From assembly GCA_945870025.1 (NCBI GenBank), contig CAMBQN010000003.1:72640-136639 (forward strand): a stretch of 64,000 bases of DNA. The letters are read 5' to 3'. The notes beneath the pieces are model-generated. The model worked only from the letters and a program-made list of their open reading frames with translations, searched no databases and was not told the DNA's origin. How positions within the stretch are numbered: position 1 is the stretch's first letter; every line of letters begins with the position of its first letter. This document shows, piece by piece, positions 19,111 through 29,239 of the stretch. The position numbers and the translations under genes are program-made. The stretch is from Akkermansia muciniphila (lineage in GTDB: Bacteria > Verrucomicrobiota > Kiritimatiellia > RFP12 > JAAYNR01).

Positions 19111-19560
19111 ATGCCCTCATCAACCCATCTTGTGACGTTTGAACTGGACGGCCAGAGATATGCGTTGTATCTATCCACCGTGGACATCGTCGTGCGCGCG
19201 GTGGAGATCACGCCGCTGCCCCAAGCTCCTGATAGCGTGGCCGGCATCATCAATTTCCAGGGGCACATCGTACCCGTGTTCAACCTCCGCCGGCGGTTCC
19301 GTTTGCCGGAACGGGAGATGCAACTCGATGACCACATCATCCTCGCCCGGACTGCGCATCGGCTGGTGGCGTTGGTAGCGGACACGGTCGGCGGCGTGTT
19401 GGCGTGTGCCGACGGAGAGACCGTGTCGGCGGACGCTGTCTTGCCGGGGACGGAATATGTGGCTGGCGTGGTGAAGCGATTGGATGGGCTGATTCTGATC
19501 CATGATCTGAACGCCTTCCTTTCCCTCGACGAAGAACGCGCCTTGGATGCGGCGATATGA
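19111..19560 (+). CDS. cheW: CheW-like coupling protein
   Basis: LVTFELDGQRYALYLSTV...GIINFQGHIVPVFNLRRRF is a typical CheW fold signature. The start is placed at ATG 19111 rather than the ORF-track 19000. Confidence 0.85.
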   Translation: MPSSTHLVTFELDGQRYALYLSTVDIVVRAVEITPLPQAPDSVAGIINFQGHIVPVFNLRRRFRLPEREMQLDDHIILARTAHRLVALVADTVGGVLACADGETVSADAVLPGTEYVAGVVKRLDGLILIHDLNAFLSLDEERALDAAI

Positions 19561-20903
19561 AACATGAACTCTCCAATCTGCGGCTGGCGCAATTCAGCGA
19601 GTTCGTCGCTACGCACATGGGTCTTCATTTCCAGCCGGAACGCTGGCCGGATCTGTTGCGTGGGGTTCAGAACGCCGCGCCGGAGTTCGGATTTACCGAT
19701 GAGGAATCCTGCGTTCAATGGTTGTTGTCCGCTCCGCTGACCCGTCAGCAGATCAAGGTACTGGCCGGTAACCTGACGGTGGGGGAGACGTACTTCTTCC
19801 GCGAGAAAAGGGTGTTTGAGATCCTAGCGGAGCGCATTCTCCCGGAATGGGTTCAGTCCCGCCGGGGCTGCGAACGGCATCTGCGGTTCTGGAGCGCGGG
19901 ATGTTGCACGGGCGAAGAGGCGTACTCGCTGGCCATCATGCTCCGACGGGCCGTCCCGGCCCTCGACGATTGGCAGGTGACGATCCTGGCCACCGATGTG
20001 AACCCCCGCTTCTTGCACAAGGCGGCCGCAGGCGTGTTTGGTGAATGGTCATTCCGTAATGCGCCAACGTGGTTGAAGGAGCAGTACTTCCATCGCCTGG
20101 AGGGTAACCAATGTGTCATCCTGCCGGAGATCCGGCAAATGGTGCAGTTTGAACATCTGAATCTGGCGGAAGACACCTATCCGTCGTTGTTGACCGACAC
20201 GAACGCGATGGACGTGATTTTCTGCCGGAACGTGCTGATGTATTTCGCGCCGGCACAGTCTCAGCGAGTCGTCGAGCACCTGCACCGTTGTCTCGTGGAC
20301 GGCGGCTGGCTGGCGTTGGGCGCGACAGAGACTACGGTCGCCTCATCCGGGCATTTCACGCCAGTGAATTTTGATGGGGCGATTCTGTATCGGAAGAGCG
20401 AGCGACCACCGGCACCGGTCGTGATGCCGGTAACGCCGGTGGCCGGGGAGATGCCGGTAGTAGAACAACCGCGCGTTGCGTCACCGCCGCCGGTGCCGGA
20501 TGCGCCAGAGATGCTCCGGTCGACTCGCGAGATGGCGAATCAAGGCCGGTTGGCGGAGGCGCTGGTGTTGGCGAACAAGTTGGTGCGCGCGGAGAAGATG
20601 AATCCGGTCGCGCATTATTTGCGGGCGATGATCGTACTGGAACTAGGCGCGATGCCGGAAGCGGCAAAGGCGTTACAGCGTGCGGTCTTTCTGGACCCTG
20701 ATTTCATAAGCGCGCACTTCGCGCTGGGCAACCTGGCCCGCAACGCAGGGCGGTTGAAAGAAGCTGACAAACATCTGACGAACGCACTGTTTTTGCTGGA
20801 CCGGTGCGGCCAGGATGACCTCTTGCCTGAATCGGAAGGTATGACGGCTGGACGCCTGGCAGAAATCATCGGTTCGATTCGCGAGGAGACACTGGCATCA
20901 TGA
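19557..20903 (+). CDS. cheR: CheR methyltransferase with C-terminal TPR region
   Basis: SAM-MTase motifs RFWSAGCCTGEEAYSLAI, ILATDVN and DVIFCRNVLMYF, followed by TPR-like helices. Overlaps both neighbours by 4 nt. Confidence 0.9.
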   Translation: MKHELSNLRLAQFSEFVATHMGLHFQPERWPDLLRGVQNAAPEFGFTDEESCVQWLLSAPLTRQQIKVLAGNLTVGETYFFREKRVFEILAERILPEWVQSRRGCERHLRFWSAGCCTGEEAYSLAIMLRRAVPALDDWQVTILATDVNPRFLHKAAAGVFGEWSFRNAPTWLKEQYFHRLEGNQCVILPEIRQMVQFEHLNLAEDTYPSLLTDTNAMDVIFCRNVLMYFAPAQSQRVVEHLHRCLVDGGWLALGATETTVASSGHFTPVNFDGAILYRKSERPPAPVVMPVTPVAGEMPVVEQPRVASPPPVPDAPEMLRSTREMANQGRLAEALVLANKLVRAEKMNPVAHYLRAMIVLELGAMPEAAKALQRAVFLDPDFISAHFALGNLARNAGRLKEADKHLTNALFLLDRCGQDDLLPESEGMTAGRLAEIIGSIREETLAS

Positions 20904-21427
20904 CCGAAACCGAGAACAAGAAACGCATCCTCAAGGCGCGTGCGCAGGCGTTGGCGCGGGATCCGGCCGCCAGGACCACCGAGGCCGCGATCGAGGTGGT
21001 CGAGTTTTTGCTGGCGACAGAGCGGTACGGGATCGAGACCGGCTACGTACGCGAGGTGTTTCCGTTCAAGGAGCTGACACCGGTACCGTCCACACCGGCG
21101 TTCTTGATGGGTATTGTGAATGTCCGTGGCCGGATCATCGCGGTGATCGATTTAAAGAAGTTCTTCGACCTGCCGACGAATGGTCTGCACGACCTGCACA
21201 AGGTGATCATTCTGCAATCGGAAGAGATGGATTTGGGAATCTTGGCGGATGATGTCGTGGGGGTGCGAAGCGTGCCGGTCAGTCAGTTGCAGGCGTCGCT
21301 GCCGACGTTGAGCGGGATCGGGCAACAGTATTGGCGCGGAGTGACCGGCGACCGACTGGTGGTACTCGATGCCGCGCGGATTCTCGGCGATCCGAAAATC
21401 ATTGTTCAGGGAAAAGTCGATAAATAA
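20900..21427 (+). CDS. cheW: CheW-like coupling protein (second copy)
   Basis: VVEFLLATERYGIETGYVREV...GIVNVRGRIIAVIDLKKFF. 175 aa. Confidence 0.85.
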   Translation: MTETENKKRILKARAQALARDPAARTTEAAIEVVEFLLATERYGIETGYVREVFPFKELTPVPSTPAFLMGIVNVRGRIIAVIDLKKFFDLPTNGLHDLHKVIILQSEEMDLGILADDVVGVRSVPVSQLQASLPTLSGIGQQYWRGVTGDRLVVLDAARILGDPKIIVQGKVDK

Positions 21428-21454
21428 ACAAAACCAACCAACCGGAGAAAGGTC

Positions 21455-23182
21455 ATGAGACAAACCATAAGCATGAAAATTGGAGGCGTGCTAGCATTGG
21501 CGCTAGTTGCGTTAGTTTTTGTGGGAACACAGTCCTATCGGGCGACTCGCCGACTGATTACCGATGCCGGCTGGGTTAACCATACCAATCTTGTGCGAGA
21601 GGAAATCGCGAGTCTGCTTGCCGGGTTACACGAGGCAGAGACGTATCAACGCGGTTATCTGCTGACTGGCGCATCTAACTATTTGGATTCTTCGATGGCG
21701 TCGGAAAAAGAAGTGATGGACCACCTGCCCTCCCTGCGCCAACTGACAGCGGACAACCCCAACCAACAACGCCGGATCGACTTGATGGAGCCGTTGATCA
21801 AGGAACGGTTTGACCGGCTAGCAGAAGGCGTGAAATCCCGCACCGAAAAGGGAGTGGAAGCGGCGGCACAGCACGTTGCAACGGGGGGGGGGCGCAATCT
21901 GATGAACCAGATCCGCGCCATCGCTGTCGACATGAAGGAGTCGGAAAAAACGCTCCTAGGAAAACGGACGCATGAATCAGCGGCCAGTTCCATCGCAGCC
22001 ATCAACACGATCCAGTACGGCATCCCCCTCGCCATCGTCGTCGTATGTGTCATTGGTTTTGTGCTGACGCGCAACATCACCCGTCCGCTCAAAGCGGCAA
22101 CGATGATCGCGGACCGCATGGCCTCCGGCGACGTATCGGCGGAAATCACCGGGGAGGACCGCAGCGACGAAGCAGGCCAATTGCTGCGGGCGTTCAAACG
22201 GATGACCGGGTTCCAGCGCGAGATGGCCGGGATGGCCGGCAAGATCGCCGCGGGTGATTTGCATGTTCAGATCGAGCCGCAATCTTCGCAAGATCTATTG
22301 GGACATGCATTCGCGTCCATGGTGACGAACTTGCGAAGCCTGACTAACGAAATCAGCGAGGCCGTCAACGTGCTCGGATCGGCGTCGAGCGAAATCGTTG
22401 CCTCGACCAGTCAACTGGCGGCAAGCGCCACAGAGACCGCCACAGCGGTCACGCAGACCACGACCACTGTCGAAGAGGTGAAGCAGACAGCCCAGGTCTC
22501 CAGTCAGAAAGCGAAGTCCGTTTCGGACAGCGCCCAGAAGTCGGCAAATATCTCGCAAGCTGGCCGCAAGTCCACCGCCGAAACAGTTGAGAGCATGAAG
22601 CGAATCCGCCAGCAAATGGAGTCCATCGCCGACGGAATGGTGCATCTCAGCGAACAGACCCAAACCATCGGGCAGATTACAGCCACCGTGGATGACATCG
22701 CCGCGCAGTCCAACCTGCTGGCCGTCAACGCCGCCATCGAGGCGGCCAGGGCCGGCGAACAAGGCAAGGGATTCGCCGTCGTTGCGCAGGAGGTCAAGAA
22801 CCTGGCCGAGCAATCCAAACAGGCCACCCGGCAGGTGCGGTCGATCCTCACCGACATCCAGAAGGCGACGAGCACCGCGGTGCTCGCCACCGAACAGGGC
22901 GCGAAGGCCGTGGAAGCCGGGGTGAAACAATCGGCGCAGGCCGGCGAGTCCATCCAGGCGTTGACCAGCAGCGTGACGGAATCAGCGCAAGCCGCGACCC
23001 AGATTGCCGCGTCGAGCCAGCAACAGCTGATCGGCGTTGACCAGGTGGCCTCGGCGATGGAAAGCATCAAGCAGACGACCGCGCAGAACGTCGCCAGCGC
23101 GAAACAACTGGAAACGTCCGCGCGCGGCTTGAACGAGTTGGGGCAGAAGCTGAAGGAGTTGGTCGAGCGGTACAAAGCCTAG
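21455..23182 (+). CDS. methyl-accepting chemotaxis protein (CHASE3-like sensor, HAMP)
   Basis: An N-terminal TM helix, a CHASE3-like periplasmic part, a second TM helix, HAMP, and the highly conserved signalling hairpin NLLAVNAAIEAARAGEQGKGFAVVAQEVKNLAEQS. Confidence 0.9.
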   Translation: MRQTISMKIGGVLALALVALVFVGTQSYRATRRLITDAGWVNHTNLVREEIASLLAGLHEAETYQRGYLLTGASNYLDSSMASEKEVMDHLPSLRQLTADNPNQQRRIDLMEPLIKERFDRLAEGVKSRTEKGVEAAAQHVATGGGRNLMNQIRAIAVDMKESEKTLLGKRTHESAASSIAAINTIQYGIPLAIVVVCVIGFVLTRNITRPLKAATMIADRMASGDVSAEITGEDRSDEAGQLLRAFKRMTGFQREMAGMAGKIAAGDLHVQIEPQSSQDLLGHAFASMVTNLRSLTNEISEAVNVLGSASSEIVASTSQLAASATETATAVTQTTTTVEEVKQTAQVSSQKAKSVSDSAQKSANISQAGRKSTAETVESMKRIRQQMESIADGMVHLSEQTQTIGQITATVDDIAAQSNLLAVNAAIEAARAGEQGKGFAVVAQEVKNLAEQSKQATRQVRSILTDIQKATSTAVLATEQGAKAVEAGVKQSAQAGESIQALTSSVTESAQAATQIAASSQQQLIGVDQVASAMESIKQTTAQNVASAKQLETSARGLNELGQKLKELVERYKA

Positions 23183-23193
23183 GAATCACGAGC

Positions 23194-25347
23194 ATGAGCA
23201 TACCGGACGATGATTTTCTGAAGACGCTGCTGGCGGCCTTCCAGGTGGAAGCCCAAGAACACCTCCAAGTGATGTCCGCCGGCCTGTTGGAGTTGGAGAA
23301 AGCGCCCGCCGCGAGTCCGACGCCCGACCTCCTTGAGGACGTTTACCGCGAGGCGCACAGCCTGAAAGGTGCGGCGCGCGCGGTCAGCCAGACCCATATC
23401 GAATCCCTGTGCCAGGCGATGGAAACGGTCTTCGCTGCCTGGAAACGTCAGGCGATCCAACCCTTACCGGCCGACTTCGATACCTTGCATCGCGCGACCG
23501 ACCTGATCCAGCAACTCGTCGATGTGCCGGGCGGGATCGAGCCGGCACGCCTGGCGCAGATGGTGGCCGGCATCGAACAACTGGGGTCCGATTCACCCCG
23601 GCCGCGCGCACCGGAGAAACCGGAGTTTGCGGAACCGGTCCTGCCGGCAACCATCGGGTCGGACACGATCCGGGTCGCGGCGCGCAAGCTGGACGGCTTG
23701 ATTCTGCAAGCGGAGGAGATGTTGGCCGTCAAACTCATGGCCAGCCAGCGGGCCGGTGATTTGCAGGAGCTGCGGTTGCAGTTCGCGGAACAGCTCCGGG
23801 AATGGGCCAAGGCCGGCGCTGGAGGCGCAGAGTCGGAGAGTCTCCATCAGTTCCGACAAGTGGAAGGCAAACTGCTCGCGCTGTCCCACTCGGCGGAGCA
23901 CGATAGTCACGCCATCAGCCGGATGGTGGACGACTTGCTGGACGGCTCGAAGGAGCTGTTGATGCAGCCGTTTCTCACGCTTCTGAACGTGTTACCCAAA
24001 CTTGTTCGCGACCTCAGCCGGGACCAGGCAAAAGAGGCGGACCTCGTCCTGAGCGGCGGCGAGGTGGAAATCGACAAGCGGATTCTCGAAGAGATGAAAG
24101 ATCCGCTGATTCATCTCGTGCGCAATTGCATTGATCACGGCATCGAGAAGCCCGATGAGCGCACCCGGCATGGCAAACCGTCGCGTGCGACCATCACAGT
24201 CTCGGTGACGCAGGTGGACGGCAACAAGGTGGAGATAGCTGTGGCCGATGATGGCGCGGGCATCGCCGTCGAGAAAGTCACAATCGCCGCGGTCAATCAC
24301 CGTTTTGTGTCGGAAGCCGATGCCCGGCAACTCGACGAGACGACCGCCTTGTCGCTGATGTTCCTCTCCGGTGTCTCGACGGCGCCGATCGTTACGGAGA
24401 TTTCCGGCCGGGGCTTGGGGTTGGCGATTGTGCGCGAGAAAGCCGAGAGACTCGGCGGCCGGGTGTCCGTGCAAACGCAGGCCGGCAAGGGTACGACCTT
24501 CCGGATTCTCTTGCCGCTGACGCTTGCGACGTTCCGGGGTACGCTCGTGCAGGCGGCCGGGCAGCCGTTCGTGATCCCGACGGCGAACGTCGAACGTGTG
24601 GGCCGGGTGCGCGAGGCCGAAATCAAGACCGTCGCGAACCACGAGACCATTGCGCTGAACGGCCGGGCTGTGGCGCTGGTCCGGTTGGCGAACGTGCTGG
24701 AGTTGCCGGCAACATCGCCGACGGAGGGCGAGCCGGTCTGGTTGCCGTTCGTGGTCGTCGCGGCCGGTGAAAAGCGGATGGCGTTTGGCGTGGAGGCGGT
24801 GCTCGGCGTGCAGGAGGTACTGGTCAAGCCGCTCGGCAAACCGCTCGTGCGCATTCGCAACATTGCCGGTGCGACGGTACTCGGCTCCGGAACGGCGGTG
24901 CTCATTCTGAACGTTGCCGACTTGCTGCAGTCGGCGGTGAAAGTGTGGCCGGTGGCTAAGAGTGCCCCGGCTCGTGCGGTGGAGCGCAAAGCAGTGTTGG
25001 TCGTGGAGGATTCGATTACGTCCCGAATGCTATTGAAGAACATTCTTGAATCAGCAGGTTATCAGGTGAAGACCGCGGTGGACGGCCTGGATGCGCTGAG
25101 CAAATTGAAAACTGAACCGTTCGACGGCGTGGTCTCGGATGTGCAGATGCCGAAGCTGGATGGATTCAGTCTGACAGAGAAAATCCGAGCCGACCGGAAA
25201 CTATCGGAAATGCCGGTGGTGCTAGTGACCGCGCTCGAACGTCCGGAAGACCGAGAACGCGGCGTTGATGTGGGCGCGAATGCGTACATTGTGAAGAGCA
25301 GTTTCGACCAGAGCAACCTGCTGGAGGCGCTGCGGCGATTGATGTGA
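23194..25347 (+). CDS. cheA: CheA histidine kinase fused to C-terminal receiver (WspE-like)
   Basis: Hpt (REAHSLKGAARAV), ATPase boxes (HLVRNCIDHG, DDGAGI, GRGLGLAIV), a CheW-like domain, and a C-terminal REC (VLVVEDS...GVVSDVQMPKLDG). Confidence 0.9.
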   Translation: MSIPDDDFLKTLLAAFQVEAQEHLQVMSAGLLELEKAPAASPTPDLLEDVYREAHSLKGAARAVSQTHIESLCQAMETVFAAWKRQAIQPLPADFDTLHRATDLIQQLVDVPGGIEPARLAQMVAGIEQLGSDSPRPRAPEKPEFAEPVLPATIGSDTIRVAARKLDGLILQAEEMLAVKLMASQRAGDLQELRLQFAEQLREWAKAGAGGAESESLHQFRQVEGKLLALSHSAEHDSHAISRMVDDLLDGSKELLMQPFLTLLNVLPKLVRDLSRDQAKEADLVLSGGEVEIDKRILEEMKDPLIHLVRNCIDHGIEKPDERTRHGKPSRATITVSVTQVDGNKVEIAVADDGAGIAVEKVTIAAVNHRFVSEADARQLDETTALSLMFLSGVSTAPIVTEISGRGLGLAIVREKAERLGGRVSVQTQAGKGTTFRILLPLTLATFRGTLVQAAGQPFVIPTANVERVGRVREAEIKTVANHETIALNGRAVALVRLANVLELPATSPTEGEPVWLPFVVVAAGEKRMAFGVEAVLGVQEVLVKPLGKPLVRIRNIAGATVLGSGTAVLILNVADLLQSAVKVWPVAKSAPARAVERKAVLVVEDSITSRMLLKNILESAGYQVKTAVDGLDALSKLKTEPFDGVVSDVQMPKLDGFSLTEKIRADRKLSEMPVVLVTALERPEDRERGVDVGANAYIVKSSFDQSNLLEALRRLM

Positions 25348-25348
25348 G

Positions 25349-26398
25349 ATGAGCAAAGACACGATCAATGTGCTCGTGGTGGAAGACTCGCCGGTCGTAC
25401 AGATGCTGTTGAAGCATTGGCTCGACAATGATCCGCATCTGCATGTGATGGGCATGGTTAATAACGGGCAGGAAGCGGTGGATTTTGTCGCAGAGAAGAA
25501 ACCCGACGTGATTTTGATGGACGTTCACATGCCGAAAATGGACGGCTACGAGGCGACGCGCCGCATCATGGAGACGCATCCGGTGCCGATTGTCATCTCC
25601 AGCGCGACTACGGCAACCACAGAGGTGGGTGCAACCTTCCATGCGTTGGAAGCCGGCGCGGTGGCGGTTATCGAGAAGCCGGTGGGGTTGAATACTCCGG
25701 GCTTTGACCAGATGGTGCAGAATCTTTTGCAGACCTTGAAACTGATGGCCGAAGTCAAGGTGGTAAAGAGGTGGGCGCGCGACCGCCGCCCCGTGGCAGT
25801 GCCGGTCGCAGAATGGCTCCGACGGGCAGAGGGCATCGATGTGGTCGCCATCGGCGCTTCGACCGGTGGCCCGCCGGTGATCCAGACCATCTTGAAGGGA
25901 TTGCCGAAGGACTATCCAGTGCCGATTCTCGCGGTGCAACATATCGCCTCGGGATTTCTGGGCGGGATGGTGGATTGGCTCCGGCAAACGACTCAGATGC
26001 CGGTGCATTTGGCCGTCCACGGCGCACCAGCCTTACCGGGGAATGTCTATCTAGCTCCGGATGATTTTCATATGGGTCTGTTTTCAGGCGGGCGCATTAT
26101 GTTAAGCAAGGACGTTCCCGAAAACAACCTGCGGCCTGCGGTGTCCTTCCTGTTCCGGTCGGTCGCCAACACGTGTGGCGCGCGGGCCGTGGGCGTGATC
26201 CTGACCGGCATGGGGCGAGATGGCGCTGACGAGTTGAAGCTCCTCAAGGACAAAGGTGCAATTACAATCGCACAGAACGCCGAGACCGCAGTGATTCACG
26301 GCATGCCGGGCGAAGCCATTCAACTGGACGCGGCGCTCTACACGTTTTCGCCCGAACAGATCGCGGCCATACTCGTTACTCTGGTAAACTGCAAATGA
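25349..26398 (+). CDS. cheB: CheB methylesterase (REC + esterase)
   Basis: REC (VLVVEDSP...VILMDVHMPKMDG) plus an esterase with VVAIGASTGGP and GMGRDGA motifs. Confidence 0.9.
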   Translation: MSKDTINVLVVEDSPVVQMLLKHWLDNDPHLHVMGMVNNGQEAVDFVAEKKPDVILMDVHMPKMDGYEATRRIMETHPVPIVISSATTATTEVGATFHALEAGAVAVIEKPVGLNTPGFDQMVQNLLQTLKLMAEVKVVKRWARDRRPVAVPVAEWLRRAEGIDVVAIGASTGGPPVIQTILKGLPKDYPVPILAVQHIASGFLGGMVDWLRQTTQMPVHLAVHGAPALPGNVYLAPDDFHMGLFSGGRIMLSKDVPENNLRPAVSFLFRSVANTCGARAVGVILTGMGRDGADELKLLKDKGAITIAQNAETAVIHGMPGEAIQLDAALYTFSPEQIAAILVTLVNCK

Positions 26399-26417
26399 CC
26401 ACGCCGAGACTCCAAAT

Positions 26418-26777
26418 ATGGATACAGAACCTTGTGTCGATCCAGCAACACTTGACAAACTGGCGCAAATGGGCGGCAAAGCCTTTGCAGCAGAGATGAT
26501 TGATTTGTTCCTGAATTACGTCCCCCAGAAACTCGCGGAGGCCCGGGCAGCCGAGCAGTCGGGAGACCTGCCGGGGGTGAAGAAAGCCGTCCACCCCGTG
26601 AAGTCCAGCGCCGGAAACATCGGCGCCCGCCCAATGCAGAACCTGGCGTCGCGCATCGAGCAACTCGCTGGAGACCAGTGCCGCGAGTCAACCGGTGCCA
26701 TGTTGTCCGAACTGGAATTGGCGTATAAGCACGTCGAGGCTTATCTTCGCGAGTGTCGAAAGGTGCCGGGAGCATGA
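26418..26777 (+). CDS. stand-alone Hpt phosphotransfer protein
   Basis: 119 aa four-helix-type sequence with the phospho-His motif HPVKSSAGNIGA (HxxKGxxxxxGA pattern). Confidence 0.75.
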   Translation: MDTEPCVDPATLDKLAQMGGKAFAAEMIDLFLNYVPQKLAEARAAEQSGDLPGVKKAVHPVKSSAGNIGARPMQNLASRIEQLAGDQCRESTGAMLSELELAYKHVEAYLRECRKVPGA

Positions 26778-26963
26778 ATGAGAAGCCTCCCCTCCTCTTC
26801 GCCGCCGAGATGATCGGGCGCTGCCAGCGGCAATTTGTGCTGCATTGAGATTTGCTGCAGCAAAAAATTGGAAAAATCGCTCTTTGGTGTTTCCTCCGCC
26901 GCGCGGTTCTGCTACAATGACGACAACTTGTGACCGTGTATAACACAGGGATGCCCTTCACCT

Positions 26964-27875
26964 ATGACATCGCTTCTTCAGTTCGCCGCGATCCTCGGTT
27001 GGGCCGGCTGCGCAGCCGGGCTGGTCTGGTATACGCTCAACGCCGCTCGCCAGATCACGTACGCGACGCTGGCCGATGGCCGGCGGCAGCGTCGCGTCAT
27101 CCCGCTGGTGTTCCGGTTACTTCTGCCGCTCTCGCCCAATGTGGAACCCTTCTTCGCCAAGCCCGCCTTCGCTGCTGCCCGCGCCACGCTGGGGGCCAAG
27201 CTCACCGCCGCCGGTTATGAGGGTGTGATCACGCCGACCGAGTTCCTCTCCATCAAACTGCTCGTTCCGGTCGTTTTCGGCTCGGCCTGGTTCGTGCTCC
27301 TGCGTCTGGTCATCCGCATTTTCCCCGAAATTGCCTCCAACGCCCCGCAATTGGCGCTGGGCGGCGTTCTCCTTTTTTACCTCTATCCCCTGCTCTGGTT
27401 GAAAAGCGTCCTGGCGGCTCGTCACCGCGCGATCCAGCGGGCGCTGCCGTTCGTGTTGGATCTTCTGACCCTCGCCGTCGAGGCCGGACTTGACTTCATG
27501 ACTGCCCTGCAGCGCAACTGCGAACGCCGCGCACTGGATCCCTTGAACGAGGAACTCATCTACGTCATTCGCGAAATTCAACTTGGCGCGCCCCGCCGCG
27601 TCGCCCTGCGCAACCTCTCCACCCGTGTCGGACTCAATGACCTCCGATCGGTCACGTACGCCCTTATCCAGGCCGACGAACTGGGGGTCAGCATCGGCGC
27701 CATCCTCCGCATCCAGTCGGATCAGATGCGCCAGCGGCGGTTCGAGCGGGCTGAACGCCTCGCCAACGAAGCCCCCGTCAAAATGCTCGGTCCGCTGATG
27801 CTCTTCATCTTTCCCGCTGTCTTTATCATCTTGCTCGGTCCCACCCTCACGCAGGTCCGCGGGCAGCTTTTCTGA
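26964..27875 (+). CDS. TadB/TadC-like type II secretion system F-domain membrane protein
   Basis: 303 aa. T2SSF core ALPFVLDLLTLAVEAGLDFMTALQR...EIQLGAPRRVALRNL...LIQADELGVSIG. Terminal TM helices. Confidence 0.7.
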   Translation: MTSLLQFAAILGWAGCAAGLVWYTLNAARQITYATLADGRRQRRVIPLVFRLLLPLSPNVEPFFAKPAFAAARATLGAKLTAAGYEGVITPTEFLSIKLLVPVVFGSAWFVLLRLVIRIFPEIASNAPQLALGGVLLFYLYPLLWLKSVLAARHRAIQRALPFVLDLLTLAVEAGLDFMTALQRNCERRALDPLNEELIYVIREIQLGAPRRVALRNLSTRVGLNDLRSVTYALIQADELGVSIGAILRIQSDQMRQRRFERAERLANEAPVKMLGPLMLFIFPAVFIILLGPTLTQVRGQLF

Positions 27876-27899
27876 CCTCCGTAACACCGCTTTGACGCC

Positions 27900-29228
27900 A
27901 TGACAAACCACCAGACTTTCATGCTGACCATTGAAGCCGGGCCTTGCAGGGCCGGGGAAACCTTCGTGCTGACTCCGGGGCGCCCGCAAACGCTTGGCCG
28001 CTCATCCGACAATCCCATCGCCATTCCCGACCCCCTTCTCTCCCGCAACCACTGCCGCTTCGAGCGGATCGGCGATGCGTTGTGGGTGATCGACCTCGAC
28101 AGCGCCAACCAGACGCTGGTCAATGGTCTGCCGGTTGCGCGCAAGCAGATTCTGCCGGACGACATCGTCACCGTCGGCGACACCCGCCTGCGTGTCACGG
28201 CGGCGGATGCCGCCGTCGCGCCGGTCACCGAAGTCGCGTCGGTCACCGGTGTTGCGCCGATCATTGATCTGGGGCTGAACACCGATTCCACCAGCGCTGC
28301 GGCGCGCCACAACCTCCGGCCGATCCTCTATACCGTCGCCGCGATCGTCGTCCTGCTCCTCGGCGCCACCCTGATCATGACCTCTCCCGACTCGGGATCT
28401 CGGCCAACCAACCTCCCGCCCCCGCCACCACGGGATGAGACCCTGCAGATCATCTACGAGAAGATTGAGGCCTCCTCCGAAGCGGTCTTCCGCTACGAGT
28501 TCACCCTTTCGCCGGATCGCGTCCTCGCCGTCCGCATCGACGATCTCTCGCAAAACCGTTCCATCCGAAAAGAGAAAACGATCGCCCCGGGTCTGATCCA
28601 TGACTGGGTGCGCACCATTGAGTCGAGCGGATTTTTGTCCCTCGACCCCGCCTATCTCGCAACCAGCATCACCCGGGGCGCGATCGAGTCGCGGGATCTG
28701 ACCGTCATCATCGGCCACCGCGTTCACCGCGTGCGGGTTTCCAACCGCAAGGATCCCGACGTGTTTGCGAACCTGCGCGATAAACTCGAGACGTTCGGCC
28801 TGAGCGAACTGGGCTTCTGGGCGCTCCAGTATTCCGCCGACAAACTCACGGAACTGGGGCGCGACGCGCTGCTCATCGCGCAGAAGCGGATGAACGAGCG
28901 GGAGCTGAGCTACGGCAATATCGCCTCGGCCATCAACAGTTTCCGCGAGGCCGAGGTATGCCTGGAGACCGTCGACCCGAAGCCGGCATTCTTCCCGGAG
29001 ATCCTCAGCGGCAAGGAAGAGGCCATCGCCGAGCTTACCCGCCGCCACAAGGAGTATCGCTTTCTGGCCGATCGCGCCATTAATCTCGAGAACTGGGAAG
29101 CCGCCCGCTCTCAGCTTCGCGTCATTTGCGAACTCATCCCCGACCGATCGGACGACCGCCATCGCGAGGCCGCCAGCAAGCTGCTCGACGTCGAGAAGCG
29201 CCTTCAGGCGAGTCGCAAGAACCGGTGA
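27900..29228 (+). CDS. FHA-domain membrane protein with uncharacterised C-terminal domain
   Basis: N-terminal FHA (TLGRSSDNPIAIPDPLLSRNHCRFERIGDALWVIDLDSANQTLVNG) and one TM helix (ILYTVAAIVVLLLGATLIM). No family is recognisable for the roughly 270-aa C-terminus. Confidence 0.7.
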   Translation: MTNHQTFMLTIEAGPCRAGETFVLTPGRPQTLGRSSDNPIAIPDPLLSRNHCRFERIGDALWVIDLDSANQTLVNGLPVARKQILPDDIVTVGDTRLRVTAADAAVAPVTEVASVTGVAPIIDLGLNTDSTSAAARHNLRPILYTVAAIVVLLLGATLIMTSPDSGSRPTNLPPPPPRDETLQIIYEKIEASSEAVFRYEFTLSPDRVLAVRIDDLSQNRSIRKEKTIAPGLIHDWVRTIESSGFLSLDPAYLATSITRGAIESRDLTVIIGHRVHRVRVSNRKDPDVFANLRDKLETFGLSELGFWALQYSADKLTELGRDALLIAQKRMNERELSYGNIASAINSFREAEVCLETVDPKPAFFPEILSGKEEAIAELTRRHKEYRFLADRAINLENWEAARSQLRVICELIPDRSDDRHREAASKLLDVEKRLQASRKNR

Positions 29229-29239
29229 GGAGCACGCTT

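Noticed and set aside
26774-26848. 24-codon ORF (MNEKPPLLFAAEMIGRCQRQFVLH) overlapping the Hpt stop by ATGA.
   Set aside because: It is too short, has no recognisable features, and cannot be supported without conservation or ribosome-profiling data.
26890-26925. Sigma-70-like promoter (TACAAT at about 26913) upstream of the TadC-like gene.
   Set aside because: No convincing -35 element lies at the proper spacing, and the call cannot be supported from sequence alone.
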